Part shown: positions 13,949 to 28,500 of the stretch, piece after piece
Numbering within the stretch: the first letter of the stretch is position 1
Layout of the letters: each line of letters opens with the position of its first letter
NCBI RefSeq assembly: GCF_009914755.1
Contig: NC_060947.1
Reading direction: 5' to 3' (one strand)
DNA: 64,000 nucleotides
From: the human T2T-CHM13v2.0 reference genome, Homo sapiens
Made by a program: the position numbers and the translations under genes
Notes under the pieces: model-generated
Seen by the model: the letters and a program-made list of their open reading frames with translations, nothing else
The model's database searches: none
What the model was told of the DNA's origin: nothing

Positions 13949-15044
13949 TTCTTTATAAATTATCCAGTCTCAGGTATTTCTTTATAGTAATGCAAGAATG
14001 ACCTAATACAGCCTCGCAACTAGACGGGGCTGAAAAATCACTCCTGGAGACACAGCTTCAATCACATCAGGAATATTATAGAAAATGTCTAGCTCTTCCA
14101 TTTTCAATAAAAGTCACTCTCAGAACATGCTCAGTACATACAAATTTGCTTTAGCACATGAAAGTTAATTAGCCATGACTCAACTTAAACATGAGATAAT
14201 TCAGTAGGTAAATCCGAAACACTTCCTTCCTACTAGTGACCATGTTACTATACTCAAATGTTCCCCCTCCACACTTAATTTTCTAATCTTGCTTCCTTTG
14301 TGTTTTGCTTTGGAGCTAGGTATTTATCTCTTTTCTTTCCTGCTATGCTGGTAATCAGGGCCTCTGAATGGCTCGGCAGAATAAAGAAAACAAAAGTGAT
14401 TCTTAGAGGGGCCATACAACTTTCTTGTAAGTACAAAGGCACATTTCTACTACAGTTTCACCGTCTGTATTAAAGATGTCTGGGAAAGGAATAATAAGTG
14501 TGTGGCGGGGGTTGGAAACAGCTACTTGGACTGACACAGAAAGAATTGTGCAGGACAGCTATATTTTAAATGTCTTTTTCTTCTGTCTTCTTCTCTCTCT
14601 GACCTCCCACTGCCAGCCGCCCACTCCCCCATCCATTCTACCCCCAAAAGGCCCTGAGCATTTTGGAAGCAAGATGAATTATTTCCCTTTTCAGAGTCTC
14701 TAGAGCTATTTTCTTAAGCATTGTATTTAATGATTTGCAGTGCTCACGTTATATTTGAAAATCATTCGTTTTTCAGTTGAATATGATTTTTTAAAGTTTG
14801 TTGAATGCTTTAATTTTTCATGACGTCTAGAGGATATAATTTTCTGTGATAATATATGAGAGTATCATGTAAGGCACAGAAGAGTTTTGATTTACAAAAC
14901 TGACTTCCAACTAACTTTTCAGGACTATATATGTTATACTATGTCAGACCTACCTACATAAGGCCTAAATAACAGTGCTAATGATAATAATAAAACCTCA
15001 TGCTTATATGACAACTAAGGCATTATCTTATTTGAGTTTCATAA

Positions 15045-15422
<378 letters not shown>

Positions 15423-17269
15423 TGAGTCTCATAACAATTTGAGATTTAGGTAAGATTAGAATTATCCCCATTATATAGATGAAGAAAATGAGGCTCAGAC
15501 AGGTTAAGTGGTTAGCTCAAGGTCACACACCTTCCACATGACATAAACAGGACAAGAAATCAAAGGTAAAAGTTTTCCACACGTGCCTAAACCCCTAGGA
15601 TAAAACATATCACAGCTCTCTCACCTTGACTTAGAAGTGCTAACAACGGCTTGTGAAAAATGAAAAGCCTTGAAGGAAGGCAGAATAAAAATCTGAGAGA
15701 CAATCACTGATCTTTTATCTTCTAGACTTCAAGCTGAATCAAGTTCTTCAAAGAAAACCCAATAAAGCCCAGACATTTTCATCATAACAAAATAAATAAT
15801 TCAGTCAGGCTTTAGAGGGCTCCTGCATTTTGATTGGCTATTTGATATATTTGTGACTTAGCCACCACTAAACTGATTAAAGCTAACCTGATTGACGCAG
15901 TTATGTTGACAGAGCCTCTGACACTGACAGTTATGAATGGAAAGTGTAAATAACAATAAATAACCTGGAGCTTCCACATTTATTCCTAATGGAGAATTTA
16001 GCACTTGCAAAAGTCAAACGCCTGATAGGCTAAAAATTACAGCCTTTGGTCTATCTGGCGCCAAAGAAACTGTTTAAATTCATCACCCCTCCTCTCCTTA
16101 GGAAGATATCCACAGAGCCTCGGGTTCTTCCAGGCAGACAGACAGACAGACAGGTTTGATTTTTTTTTTTTAACACTCAGACTCTTTGAGCTGCAAGGGG
16201 CAGTAGAAATTATCTGGTCTAACCCTACATCTTATATATGGGAAAACTAAAGCTCAGAGAAATGAAATTGATTGCCCAAGGTCATCCAGTGAGTCATGAT
16301 GGCATCGGGGCCACAATCCATGTCCTGTTACTCCTAGTCTAATGTTCTTGTCACCAGACTCCACAACAGGGAAAAGTCTCCACCTGACACACGCAGCACA
16401 TGTGCACACACAAAGACACACACATACGCATCCATTCTTAATTATAATAAACCTACAAAGATAATTGAAGCTATATTCTCTGGGCTAAATTTCTATTGGT
16501 GTCAATAGAAATAGATTTGAGGCAGACTCTGAGATATAAAATTGTATGCAGCTTTTCAACTTCAAGTCCATCTTGTGATTACAAATTAATACCCCTATTT
16601 TAAACCACATCTGAACATAACTGTAGAGAGCATGCACACTCTTTGGTTTATCACCAGCATTGCTTTGAATGTGTACAGTACAATTTTATTTTTGTAAAAA
16701 AAAAAACCTACACGTGTGAAATATGCAGGAAAAAAATGAGAAAGCCTATGCTCACCACAGTGATCTCTGGATGTTAGGATTCTGGGTGATTTTTATGTTC
16801 TATTTTATATTTATCAGAACTTAGTAACTTCTCTTCTAAAACGAACACCTATTATTTATGTAGTAAAGTGTCCTTATCAGCAGGACAGCAGAAGAGGAAC
16901 AATATTAGAAATGTTGTAATAAAATATTCAGACATATAAACTCTTGATATTTTTCAGGCTCCATAATAACTTCACAATATCAACTCATGGTCAACTAAGC
17001 TTATAACATAAAACATGTTCAATTCGAATTTCCCTCCTGGGAAACTGAAAAGACTTATAGATCCAATGATCATCTCTTTCCATGTGCATATTTGGCCCAT
17101 AGAACAGGTAGGCCATTTTATGAAGTTACTGTCCCCAGATGGCTGCTCATTCAAATTCAGGAACAACTAGCTCAACAAATAGGATGTTTTCCTGGATCTT
17201 CACTAAGCCAAATTGATGAAGGGGAAGGATGGTGAAGTGTGATTTATAACTACTTTCCAAAATTAACAA

Positions 17270-17500
17270 ACACAAGCTAACATTCATTGAGCACTCACTA
17301 TATACTAGGCACCACCCTAAATTAAGTTTTATATGCATCATATCATTTATTCCTCACAAAAACCATGTAAGGTTAGGTCCTATTATTGTTTTAGAGATGA
17401 AGAAATTGGGAGTTAGAGAGGTTTGGTAGACTCCCCCAGGTAACAAGATTCAAACCCAAGTCAATTTATTCCAGAATCCGTTCTCTTAAACACTACACTG
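17270..17500 (-). mobile_element. MIR
   Basis: gctaacattcattgagcactcactatatactaggcac...tagagatgaagaaattgggagttagagagg...gattcaaacccaagtc. Confidence 0.7.
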
Positions 17501-20500
17501 CCTTTTATTATTTTTCCATACCTAGAGTAACTTAAACTCACTGCTAATAAAGTGTTTCCAAGTAGAGGTTCTATCAGGTTTGCTTTAATAGGCAAAGCTC
17601 ATTGTAATTAGCAGCCTCAATTAATGGGCTTGCTCAAGTCCTTCAAGCAAGTTAAACATGACTTCCTGCAATCTTATATACACTATTAATTTGTTAGCAG
17701 ATTCTTTCTTCATAAATGGGATGAAAGTAAACTTCAGCCCAAGTCAAACTATCACAATATTCAAATTAACAGAGCCCAAGTTAATGAGAGTTCACTCTAG
17801 ATCATTAATTTTTACAAAATATTTACCTTCTGCCTTGAGTTCACTTCTGCCATTTCAGCATTTATTGCCTGTATAGTTAATGTACAAACATATGTTTGCA
17901 CTGTTACAGTTTTCACATAAAAGACTTCTGACCGCCTTCAAAATAAGAAGAAAAAGTCCAACTATGGTCCTGCTTAATTGTGAGACATTTCTAACATAGT
18001 CTCTAAAGATCTGGGCTTTCACAATTTGTTGAAAACCTCATCTGGCACCAAGTAAATGTACAATAGAAGAAAATACTCAAGTTGGCACATGTAGCAAAAA
18101 CTTCCATTCAATTTTCTTAAATAATTCTCCTTCTTTCTTAAGCAAAGTTTAATGTTACAGGATTTGGGTGCCTGAATTAGTAGCTACCCCACCTCACTCC
18201 CCAAAACAAATAAGCATAATTACATTGCTTTCTACTAGATTGCCTCTCTCATGTACATCCTACTAGCTCAAGTTCCAGACCAGCTACTGGCTCCTTATGT
18301 TGATGAAGTCAAGACACTGTCTAAATTCTTCCATGTCTACATTCAGACAGTAGAGAAAATAACAATCGTGCCACCAACTTTCAACTGGAGATGATTGAAA
18401 ATACAATTACTGCATGCAAGTCACATTGAAATCCTTTAAGGAAAACTGCAGTGTATATAAATCATAGTTGATTATACCTTGAAAATATTTCTATTACTGT
18501 CTTCTTTACATGTCTAGTATAGTGTATATAAGCAAAAATTAGAGCTTCAGGAGTCTAGTTCAGTGTTTACTCTAAGAAGACTTCATGAGCAAGGAAATGA
18601 CAGACCCACATGTTCCTCTAACACTACAGTGGCTACATTTTAACTAGGCCAAGAAAGAGAGGCCCTGTGTGGTATGGCTAACTACTTATGGGAGTAATTT
18701 CACCATACAACTATAGCAAATTTATTTCAGTTCCAGATATCACTTTCCCCATTAACTCAGGAGACCAAAGGAGCTTAACTGCTTTCCTTTCATCCCTGTC
18801 GAATGCAGCAAGTTTCTCAGGAAGCAAATACTATTTAAATCATTTTCATAATTCTAAAATGCCTGTAAGACAAGTCCAGGGTCTAATTATACCACTTAAA
18901 TTTGTTGAAGATGTTTGGGTTTTTCTTTTTTTAATTTCAATAATGAAAGAGCCCAAGGGTTTAAAGCCCTAATAATCTAATAAACTTTGCTAAGTGAACA
19001 TTGTAACAGATATGCCTGGATGGGATTTTGTAAATACCAGACAATTTCCCCTGATCTTTATCAGGGAAAAGAAGCCTAAATCTTTGGCAGGAAGAAATTA
19101 AATGTAGTGCAAAATAATAACATCTGGCCAGATTGTGTTTGTCAGGGTAGCAGCCCCTTTAGATGTCAGGCTGAAAAGTACTAAAATGAACTCTGAAGAG
19201 TGTGTGTGCGATTCTTTATGAGGCAATAGGAAAGGCTGCCACCCTGCCATAGAATACTCAGGGTACAATTAACTCACCCTAGTATGTCCCTACAGAGAAT
19301 TGTTTCATATCAATGGAATTTGAAGCCTTCTGCCAAATAAAAGTTTGGGGTCATTCTTGGGGTGTTTTGTTTATTTCTCCATTACTGTACAGATTCCTAA
19401 CAGCACTTTCTATTTTTCAAAACCATCTATGATCATTTCAATAAGTTTTAAAGCTTATTTTTATCTTCTAGCTCCAAGGGAGACCGTGTGGCTCAATGAA
19501 AAGGGCAATGACTTTGAAGTTAGCAACTTAATGCTGCCACTTGCTGGTTACATGGCCTTGGACAAATTGGTTAATAGCTCTTAATCCCAGTTTCCACATC
19601 TGTAAAATGGGGATAATAATACCTAATGGTGTTATTACCATTATGAAGATTACTCAAGTCTAGCACATAGTACACTTTTAGTAAGATTAGTTAACTTTAT
19701 TTCTCCTTCACTTAAGTAATCCCGGTAAGTTCAAATGTCTAACCTCACCAACCTTCCAGAGGTCTCTGACCTTCAAGAAGGCTTAATTTTTTGCAAGTTT
19801 ACACTATCTTCCCCTCCCATCAAAACAAAAACAAAAAACCTCAAGGTTATATTTGAAATAATATGTGCATCATTTAAGCCTCTTCTTCCACTGTAAGCCA
19901 TCTCAACCATCTGGCAGAGATTGCCAGAAAGAACATACTTTGTTTTCCACTAATGATTACTTTGATGCATGAGATACTTTGTTTTTCCTGTCTCTCTGTT
20001 TTTTCTTTTTTAATCTGGCATTTAGAGAGGGAGAACTATGGTCATCTCACAATTTTTTAAGAAGGTTTTCCTAATAAACAACTCTTTCCAGAATTTGTAC
20101 CACAAAACAATGCTAAGCCACTGATTTATCTGACAGGCCAGTATATCTGTTTCAAATGTTAATTGCTAGAAAGAGTACTGTTTTTCCAGGCACCAAAGAA
20201 GAGGAGTGTGGATAGCAATCTTTGGGGTTTTCCCCCACCTACTACTCTGTTGGTAGAACAAGCACTTTGACCTCACTGGCTGGGTTTCTTAAGCTACCCT
20301 TCAAGGACTGGGGCATGTAGGAGTAAACACACATACTACATCAAAGAATAGTTCCAGGGCCCATTTCCCCAACTGGGAAGGATGTCCAGAATCCACACTC
20401 CAGGCAGAGCCTGGTGGCAGGCTACATTTCACCACTCTCTAGAGCACCTTTCCAGCTACCAGGGCACAGGCTCCAGTGCATTTCTAGACCAAAATTACTT

Positions 20501-20879
20501 CCTATTAAAAGGCCAGAAAGGTTTCAGATCCAGAGGAAGAAAGGCAATTCTGATATAGTACAGACTGATAAGTGCCAAGGGACAAGTGAATAACAACTAC
20601 ACTAGTCACTTAAACTTTCAAAACATTTTCATATATATTACCTCTTTTGATCCTCAAGAGCTCCAGCAGGTTGGCAGGTCAGGTGTTACCATCTTGCATA
20701 TAAGAAAACAAACTTAGAGACTTTGAATTACCTACCTATTTCCACACAGCTGGTGTCAGAACAGGAAATAGAACACATCTTTGATTCATGCTAAGGCCAA
20801 TATCAATTAGTAAAGAATCAAAGAATATATTGGAAACCAAATTAAGATATTGACACATTTGACTGAAAGTATGTTTAAA

Positions 20880-21850
20880 CCCCCACAAAAAAAGAAAACT
20901 TGAATTAACAAATCAGTTAAAGCAACTTATACAAAATGGGCTAGCATTCTGAATATACAAAGAGCTGCTTGTTACAAATCAATAAGAAAAGGACAACTAG
21001 TAAGGGACAAGTTATACTTAAATTTTTCCAAATGATGAAAGAATATTAGTGAGAAAAATCACAAAATAAAAGGTACAAATGATCAACAAATCTCACTGGC
21101 AACCAAAGAGTACTATTTTTTTCACCCACGCTGGGATTATGATAAAATGGCAAGGGGCAGACAGGAAAATGGACATTCTTACATTGCTAATCTCCATGGT
21201 GTGCTTATTTCACATTGTATGCCTGTATCAAAACATCTAATATACCCCATAAATATATACACCTACTATGTACCCACAAAAATTAAAAGTTAAAGTATTT
21301 AAAAAGAAGTAAAGTGAAAGCACATACAAACTTTATGGAAATCAAATAGGCAATAAATGTGAGAAATCTTAAAAACTGCATAGTCTCTGACCCAGCAATT
21401 CCACTTCCAGGAATTTATCCTGAGGAAATCATTAAGGATGTGCATAAATATTTAATTACACGGACATTATTTAGTTCACTGTGGCTTACTGAAAGCAACC
21501 TTCATTTCCAACAATAGAGAGGGTTGGATTAATAACATGTGAAATATCCACAGTAGTAAGTAAAGGGTAGCCCCTAGATACTATATTTATATTGTGTTAC
21601 AGAAGTACATTATTGACATGGAAAGATGGCTATATGAAAAAGCAGTATAGTCAATTTTTGAAAAACTATACATACACCTATGTATGAATAAAAAGTATGC
21701 AAGACGATATGTCAAAATGTTAACAGTAGCTATCCTCTAGTGGGTAGAATCAGGGTCGTTTTATTTTCCACTTTTTTATTTCTTTGTGGTTTTTTCATTT
21801 TCTCTAATTAAAAAAGAAATACTTATTTGTGTAGCAAAAACTTGTTTTAA
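20880..21850 (+). mobile_element. Old L1M fragment(s), with a younger L1 3'-end piece at about 21195-21300
   Basis: tgacccagcaattccacttccaggaatttatcc; cattgtatgcctgtatcaaaacatc...atatacacctactatgtacccacaaaaattaaaa. Confidence 0.7.
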
Positions 21851-24234
21851 AAAAAGATTATCCTGAAATAAATACTGCTGTATTACTTTCAAGGTCTCAC
21901 ATAATCAGGAATAAATAAATAATCCATTGGTCTCTAGAAACCTGCCTTAACAAATAGATAACAATTCTTTCTAATGAACCTATGATTATTGATTTTTTAA
22001 TGCACACTAAAATTTTTATTTTAAAAATTATTCTTTTAAATCAGTTAATGATTCCTCTCTACAATTCGTTTAAACTATTCATTTATTTGACAAGTCCTTT
22101 TTTAAACTTGAGTCAACCTTAGTCCCACCTGTGTCTGATCAAATTCCTACACCCACGTCAAATCCCAATTTATTAGAGTTGATAAAGGAAGAACAACTAT
22201 AAACAGATATAAGAAAGAATGAGAACCTTAATCTTTAACTTTGAAGAGTATCAATAGTTGCCATTTATTAAGCACCTATTCTATACCAAGCAATATGGTA
22301 TACATGTTTTACATAATTTATGGCTCACTTTCACAGCAGTGCTGTAAGGTTGTAATTATTACCCTCATTTTGTAAAAGGGGGTTACGTAACTAGTGAGTA
22401 ACAAGAGTATTTGAATACAGGACTATTTGACTTAAAAGACTATCTATTCTGACATTGTGCCTTCCACTAAAATATCAAATATAAAACTCTAAGGAAAGGT
22501 AAGGTTATGTGAATAGTCTCCAAATTTGATGCACTAGCAACAATATTGAGAGAGAACACATAGCATTATAAGAGAATAGCACAATTTAAATTCAGCAGTC
22601 TTGGGTCTAGCAACTCAATTATTTAGCATTGGGTTAACTTGCCTACATTACCAAACTCTCCTAGTTTTAGTCTCCTTATGGGATTAATACCACCTTTTTG
22701 AAGGGAAGCTGGCAAGGTCCAAATAAATACAAGTATGTCTGCCTGCTACAAGGCTTTCAAGAAAAGGGAGCTTCTCTTCCCTTCAGGTCCTTGTGAAAGG
22801 GTGGTAGGACACACAAGAATGTATTTGGACAAGCTGACAGGTGTCACCATTCTCATGGTTCTTGTTCACAAGGTGCAAATCTGTGGCACTGAATCTTGTT
22901 CACAGTGTTCTGGGAAGAGCCTAGGTCATGCTGGAAGAAAAGACAACCAGCCAGCCTCAGAGTTATGGGGCCAGAAGCTGAGGCAGAGGCTTAGAGAAAC
23001 AGATGTTCCATCTCAATGGGCGAGCAAAACCCCATTATCCAGACTTTTAAGATCTTATATCTAAGCAGCTTTTAAAACCTAGAAGTAAATGCTGCAGGCA
23101 ACAGGATCTATCTTTTCTTTTCTGTTTGGTCATACTGTTGCAGGGGAAGGGGAACAGTTAGAAATCTATTTCTATCAATACTACTTATTCTAATTTTGTG
23201 TGAGAGTGTATGTATATATATATATATATGTGTGTGTTCATTCAAACATTTACTGAAAGTTTACTGTCTCACCTGGGGACAGAGGGATATGGTAGAATAG
23301 ACACAAGCCCTATCCACAGAAAGCTCATTCTTTAGTAAAGGATACCCATGTTAATCAAATAACCATACATACTCCTGTAACCACTGCAACCTGATGAGTG
23401 CTAGAAAGGAAAAGCACAGGTTCCCAGGAGAGGGAAGAAATGCAATCCAATAATGACATTTCAGTTAATTGGGTTCAGAACTATATGCTAAAGAACTCTG
23501 ACCAAAGGAGAGGAGTGTCATAAGCATTCCAATTTCCTTTCAACATTTTTGTTCTCCTTCTTTTCTTAATGTAATCCAGTGGAATCAGTCTCCCTTTGCT
23601 GAGTAGATCTAGAGGCTACTTTAACTCATTCAGACCACTACGGGACCATTTAGAAACTGTATATTGTACGGTTTTAAATATACACATACACACAGAAAGG
23701 GAAAGGAAGAAAACACACAAAAATGTTACAAGTGGTTATCTCTGAATGAGAGGATTATGAGTGGGTATTTAGTGCATTTTGACATTAATTATATTAAAAC
23801 ATAAAAAATTATTTAAAAATGTATATGTGCCAGATATGTGACATTCATTACTGCAAAGCAAAGATATTATATTTCATACATATATATGCTTATAAATGCA
23901 CAAGAGGGAATAATAAAAACAATGGCTACCATGCATTTTATTCCTATGGGCCAGCATAGAGCTGAGTTCTTCACAGCACTCATCTGATTTAATTTTGTTT
24001 AATGAATGGCTCAGAGAGAAGTGGCCTGCCCTTGGTCACAAAGAGAGGAAAGGGCAAAATTGGGACTTAGACACCAGTCTGCCTGAAGCCAGACCACATA
24101 GCCATCACACTATGCCCTTTGCTGCCTCCTAGGTGTTTGCCCCTTCCAAGAGGGAAGTCTAAGTGAGAGACTACAGGTATAGACAAGGAGTCCAGAAAGG
24201 CTAGTATCTAATAGGCAATTAATAATTTGAATTT

Positions 24235-24660
<426 letters not shown>

Positions 24661-24720
24661 CTACCCTCTGGTTGGAGTTAATCTCTTCCAACCCCACACT
24701 ACCATAAAGAAGTGAATTTT

Positions 24721-24879
24721 AATACAAAAATTAGCCAGGCATGATGGCAGGCGCCTGTAATCCAAGCTACTCAGGAGTCTGAAGCAGGAGAATCGCTTGA
24801 ACCCAGGAGGCGGATGTTGCAGTGAGCCAAGATCAGGCCATTGTACTCCAGCCTGGGTGACAGAGAGAGACTCCGTCTC

Positions 24880-24912
<33 letters not shown>

Positions 24913-24913
24913 G
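24721..24913 (+). mobile_element. 5'-truncated Alu (linker plus right arm)
   Basis: aatacaaaaattagccaggcatgatggcaggcgcctgtaa... with A/(GAAAA)n tail. Confidence 0.93.
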
Positions 24914-24924
24914 TTATTTTTCTG

Positions 24925-25083
24925 TTAAACAATGAAACTTAAGCTACAGGGACCCTGCACTTGCACACCCTCTCACAGAAGAGCCATAGGCATTTTGTAT
25001 TTTTTATTTTGTCTTCTTTTTCTTAAAGAAGGTCCCCCAATTATATAAGTTTTGAGCACTACAAAACCTGGATCCACCTCTAC
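24925..25083 (-). mobile_element. MER53-like DNA transposon MITE
   Basis: aatgaaacttaagctacagggaccctgcacttgcac...ttttcttaaagaaggtcccccaattatataag...acaaaacctggatccacctct. Confidence 0.7.
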
Positions 25084-25374
25084 TCCCCTTGGAAAACTGC
25101 AAAGGTTTTTTCTTACATTTTTCTTAGGATGCCTTGCACCCAAGTTATTTGTATACAAATGTCCTGGTTTCTGAATTTTGATCTACTTGAAGGTAGCCAT
25201 GAGGTAGTTTTTCTCTTTGAATCCCCCACAGTACCTGCCTTTAGACATGCTATCCAGTTGCTCAGCCAATGCTTTTTAAATTAAATACAATAGAGTTCCC
25301 TTGCAAGGAGGAAAGTTAGAATTGAGGAGACTGCTTATGACCATGAGATGAAATACACAGAGGCTGTATCACAC

Positions 25375-25575
25375 ATATAGCACTGTTTTAAGGGCACAGG
25401 CTATGGAGCTGTACTTCCTGCGTTCAATTCTTGTCTCTGCCATCTATTGGGTGCTACTTTAAACAAGTCACCTAATCTCTTTAAGCCTCCATTTTGTCAG
25501 TGATAAAATGAGGCTAATGAAAGTACCCACCTCCTAGGGTTGTTATGAGGTTTAAATGAGATAAGTAAAACACTT
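25375..25575 (+). mobile_element. MIR
   Basis: tttaagggcacaggctatggagc...aacaagtcacctaatctctttaagcctc...agggttgttatgaggtttaaatgagata. Confidence 0.7.
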
Positions 25576-28500
25576 GAGAAGAGGAAATTTTTTATTCATC
25601 TCTCTCCAATACAGTACACTTTCAGAAAGGAGGTCTCTAATCCTCACCCAAGCCCTCAACTTTCTTCTCTCCATACCAGCCTGCCTACCCCACCCAGACT
25701 CATTCACACCCTGTCAGAATGCCCCCTAGAGCCTGCACTCTTAATCATTACACTCCATTGCTGAACTGGGAAGCAAGGGAGGCTAAAGGCATGAAACCCA
25801 GGGGTGCATTTGCTGGTAGTCTAGATGTTAGCTGATGGAGCCTGGAACTGAAATCAGAGAGGAACTAAAATCAAAAGCCATCTGCATATGATAAATGAGA
25901 CAACTGAGACCGATGGGGTCTCAGTTGGAATGTAGGAAAATGATGTGAAGAAGGATGCAGGAAGAAATGAGACCTGGTGACTGAAAAGTGCAATGAAGGA
26001 AAAGGAGCAATACAGGTGCCTCAGTCCCTGGAAGTATCTCACAGTCAATAGAAGGGAAGGGGCTTTTAATTTCTATGTTACCATTTCCAGCTTAGAGGGA
26101 AATTGTTTCTACCTCCACTCTACTGACAAGAGAATTCAAATCTCTCAAACATATGCTTCATTACTCCAATATCAGGTACTGCAACTCAGTGAGACAGAAA
26201 GAAGAGGAGGAACATATGTTTTCAGAAAGTAAACAAATTCCAGTTTGGGGGCTGGTGGGGAGGTGGAGAGTAAGCACTCTAGGCAAAAGTGGTGTTTTTC
26301 CTGGAAGCTTCTAGAGGGCAGGGACAATGTCCTTTAATGTGCTTTGTTGAGCCCACTAGTGAGAAAGGTGGGCAGTGATGATGACAGCAAGAGGAGGTGA
26401 GTTCAGAGCCCTGTTAAATCAAGGGCATGAGTTCAGGACCTTGTTCAATCAAGGGCGATGGCCTGGGGTAAAAGAGTTCATCTGCATAATCTCCTCACCT
26501 CATGGTTGGCCCCAGAATGGTCTCTGGCTGCATATTGAGTCGTTTTTCTAAGCTCTTTTCATTAAACAGTTTTCAGCCTAATGACTGACTTCTAAATCAA
26601 TAAAGGGCCCAGGAAAGGTTTATAACTCCCCCAGCCTCTGGCTCTACTAAAGCCACAGAATTTTGAGACCCGATTGAATCCAAAAGTTTTACTTTAAAAC
26701 TGAAATGGCTTTAAACACTCAGTTTCCAGTTGGTTTTCCAATTGCCCTAATAATTAAAGAATTGCATTTTTAAAAACTTTGTAACCAAAATATGCCTTTG
26801 AGTTGGTGCCATGAAAGTCCACTAATTAATGCCAGCATCTTCTGGGCTCTAATGAGAAATTCACCCTTTTATAATGGGATTACTAGAGCTTTGCTGTACA
26901 GATGAGCGGTTTGATTAATAATTTACATTTTTGAGGATATATAACTTCACTCATGGCCATGGTTTGAGTTCCTAAAATTATCCTATTCAGTTTAATGCTA
27001 TTGTATTTAGCCTCGGCAAATGAATTAAGTTTTGATTAGACATCAGTGTAATTATTCTCTCCCATACATTATTTTTAACCAAGAAAGGGGTTGTGACAGA
27101 CTGGCGGACAGTTAGAGTTGGGGATGCAATGGGGCTCAGCCTGCACAGAGCTGGAGTGCGGGCAGAACTGTCAGGCTAGTCAGGGGGAAAGAATTGTGAA
27201 ATGGAGAAAAATGGCTCAGTACTCACTTAAAACCCCCACTACATAATAAAAACTAAATTAGCAAATGATTGAATCTCAAAAACATGTTTATCAACATTCA
27301 AGCAATTATTGAGTCACATATTAACTGTGAAGGAAAAAAGCTTTGCTTGAATAATGTCCCTAAACAGTTATTTCAAGCAGAAATGACTGGAGAAATTGCT
27401 GTGAGCTGACAGAAAAGGGTATTCTAACCAAGGTCAATTTTATTTAGGGGGAGTGGGAGAGACAGGAATCTGACAGAAGAGAGTCTAAAAACTGCCAAGA
27501 GCTGATGAAAACAGAAAATAAGGGAGAGAAACAACAGAAGAAGCACAGAAACGCTGCCCTCCCCCCCATTCAGAGATGTCTTTTTCATCTCCACAGAAAG
27601 CAGGTAGAAGAAAGCAAGCTTGCCAATACTGAGTGAGGATCAACTGAAGATCTCTAGACTTATACCAACCTTTTTCTCCTCTCTGCCATAATAGTGTGGA
27701 CCAAAAAATGCAATTAAAATATGGCCTGAACCGACAAACCTCTCCTGATCTAGCTGCTTATTCATATATGAAATACACCAGATACTAGCCAGAAGAGAAG
27801 CTTCAGGAAGCTGAAAAAAGGATTGCTCCTGGCAGTATTGACACTTCAAACAGTACAGCCTCACATCCAAGAGTGCATAAAATAAACCCCTTTCCCAAAG
27901 AGTCTTTTGCCTAAGTACTCTTTTGTCTGTACACTGGAGCTGTTTGCATATATATCATCAATAAGTGGCAAAAGTTGTTGAAATACATCATGAACTCCAG
28001 CCTTGTCGAGGTTAATGTCTGTAATGATAATGCATCATTTATTTGGCACCACCTGGGGTAAAGTGGTCCACATAAATGAGCTGTCTAGATAATGCATGCA
28101 TATGGTGTTTTACAGTTTTCAAGATACTTTCACATTCATTATTTCTACTTTACAAAAGTAAGCAGGACTGCAATTTTTATGCCCATTTTGCAGATAAGAA
28201 AACTGAGGCTACTGGAGTCTAAATAACTGCCCCAAAATATAAAGCTCATAAATGCAGATCTAGAATTTGAACTTGGATTTTCTGACTCCAAGTCCAGTGT
28301 TTCTTTCGCTGATCTTAAGCACTGAGGAAATTCATTTTAGCCATTTAAAATGGAAATATTAAGAAAAGGACAGTGAATGTAAGTTGGACTTTCCTTATTT
28401 ACTTGTAACCACATTGTGAACATCACTTGGACCTAACGTAATACAGGAGCCACTGTGGCCTGTAGGAGTATAGTCCTCTATTAAATGTCCCCAAGTGCCA

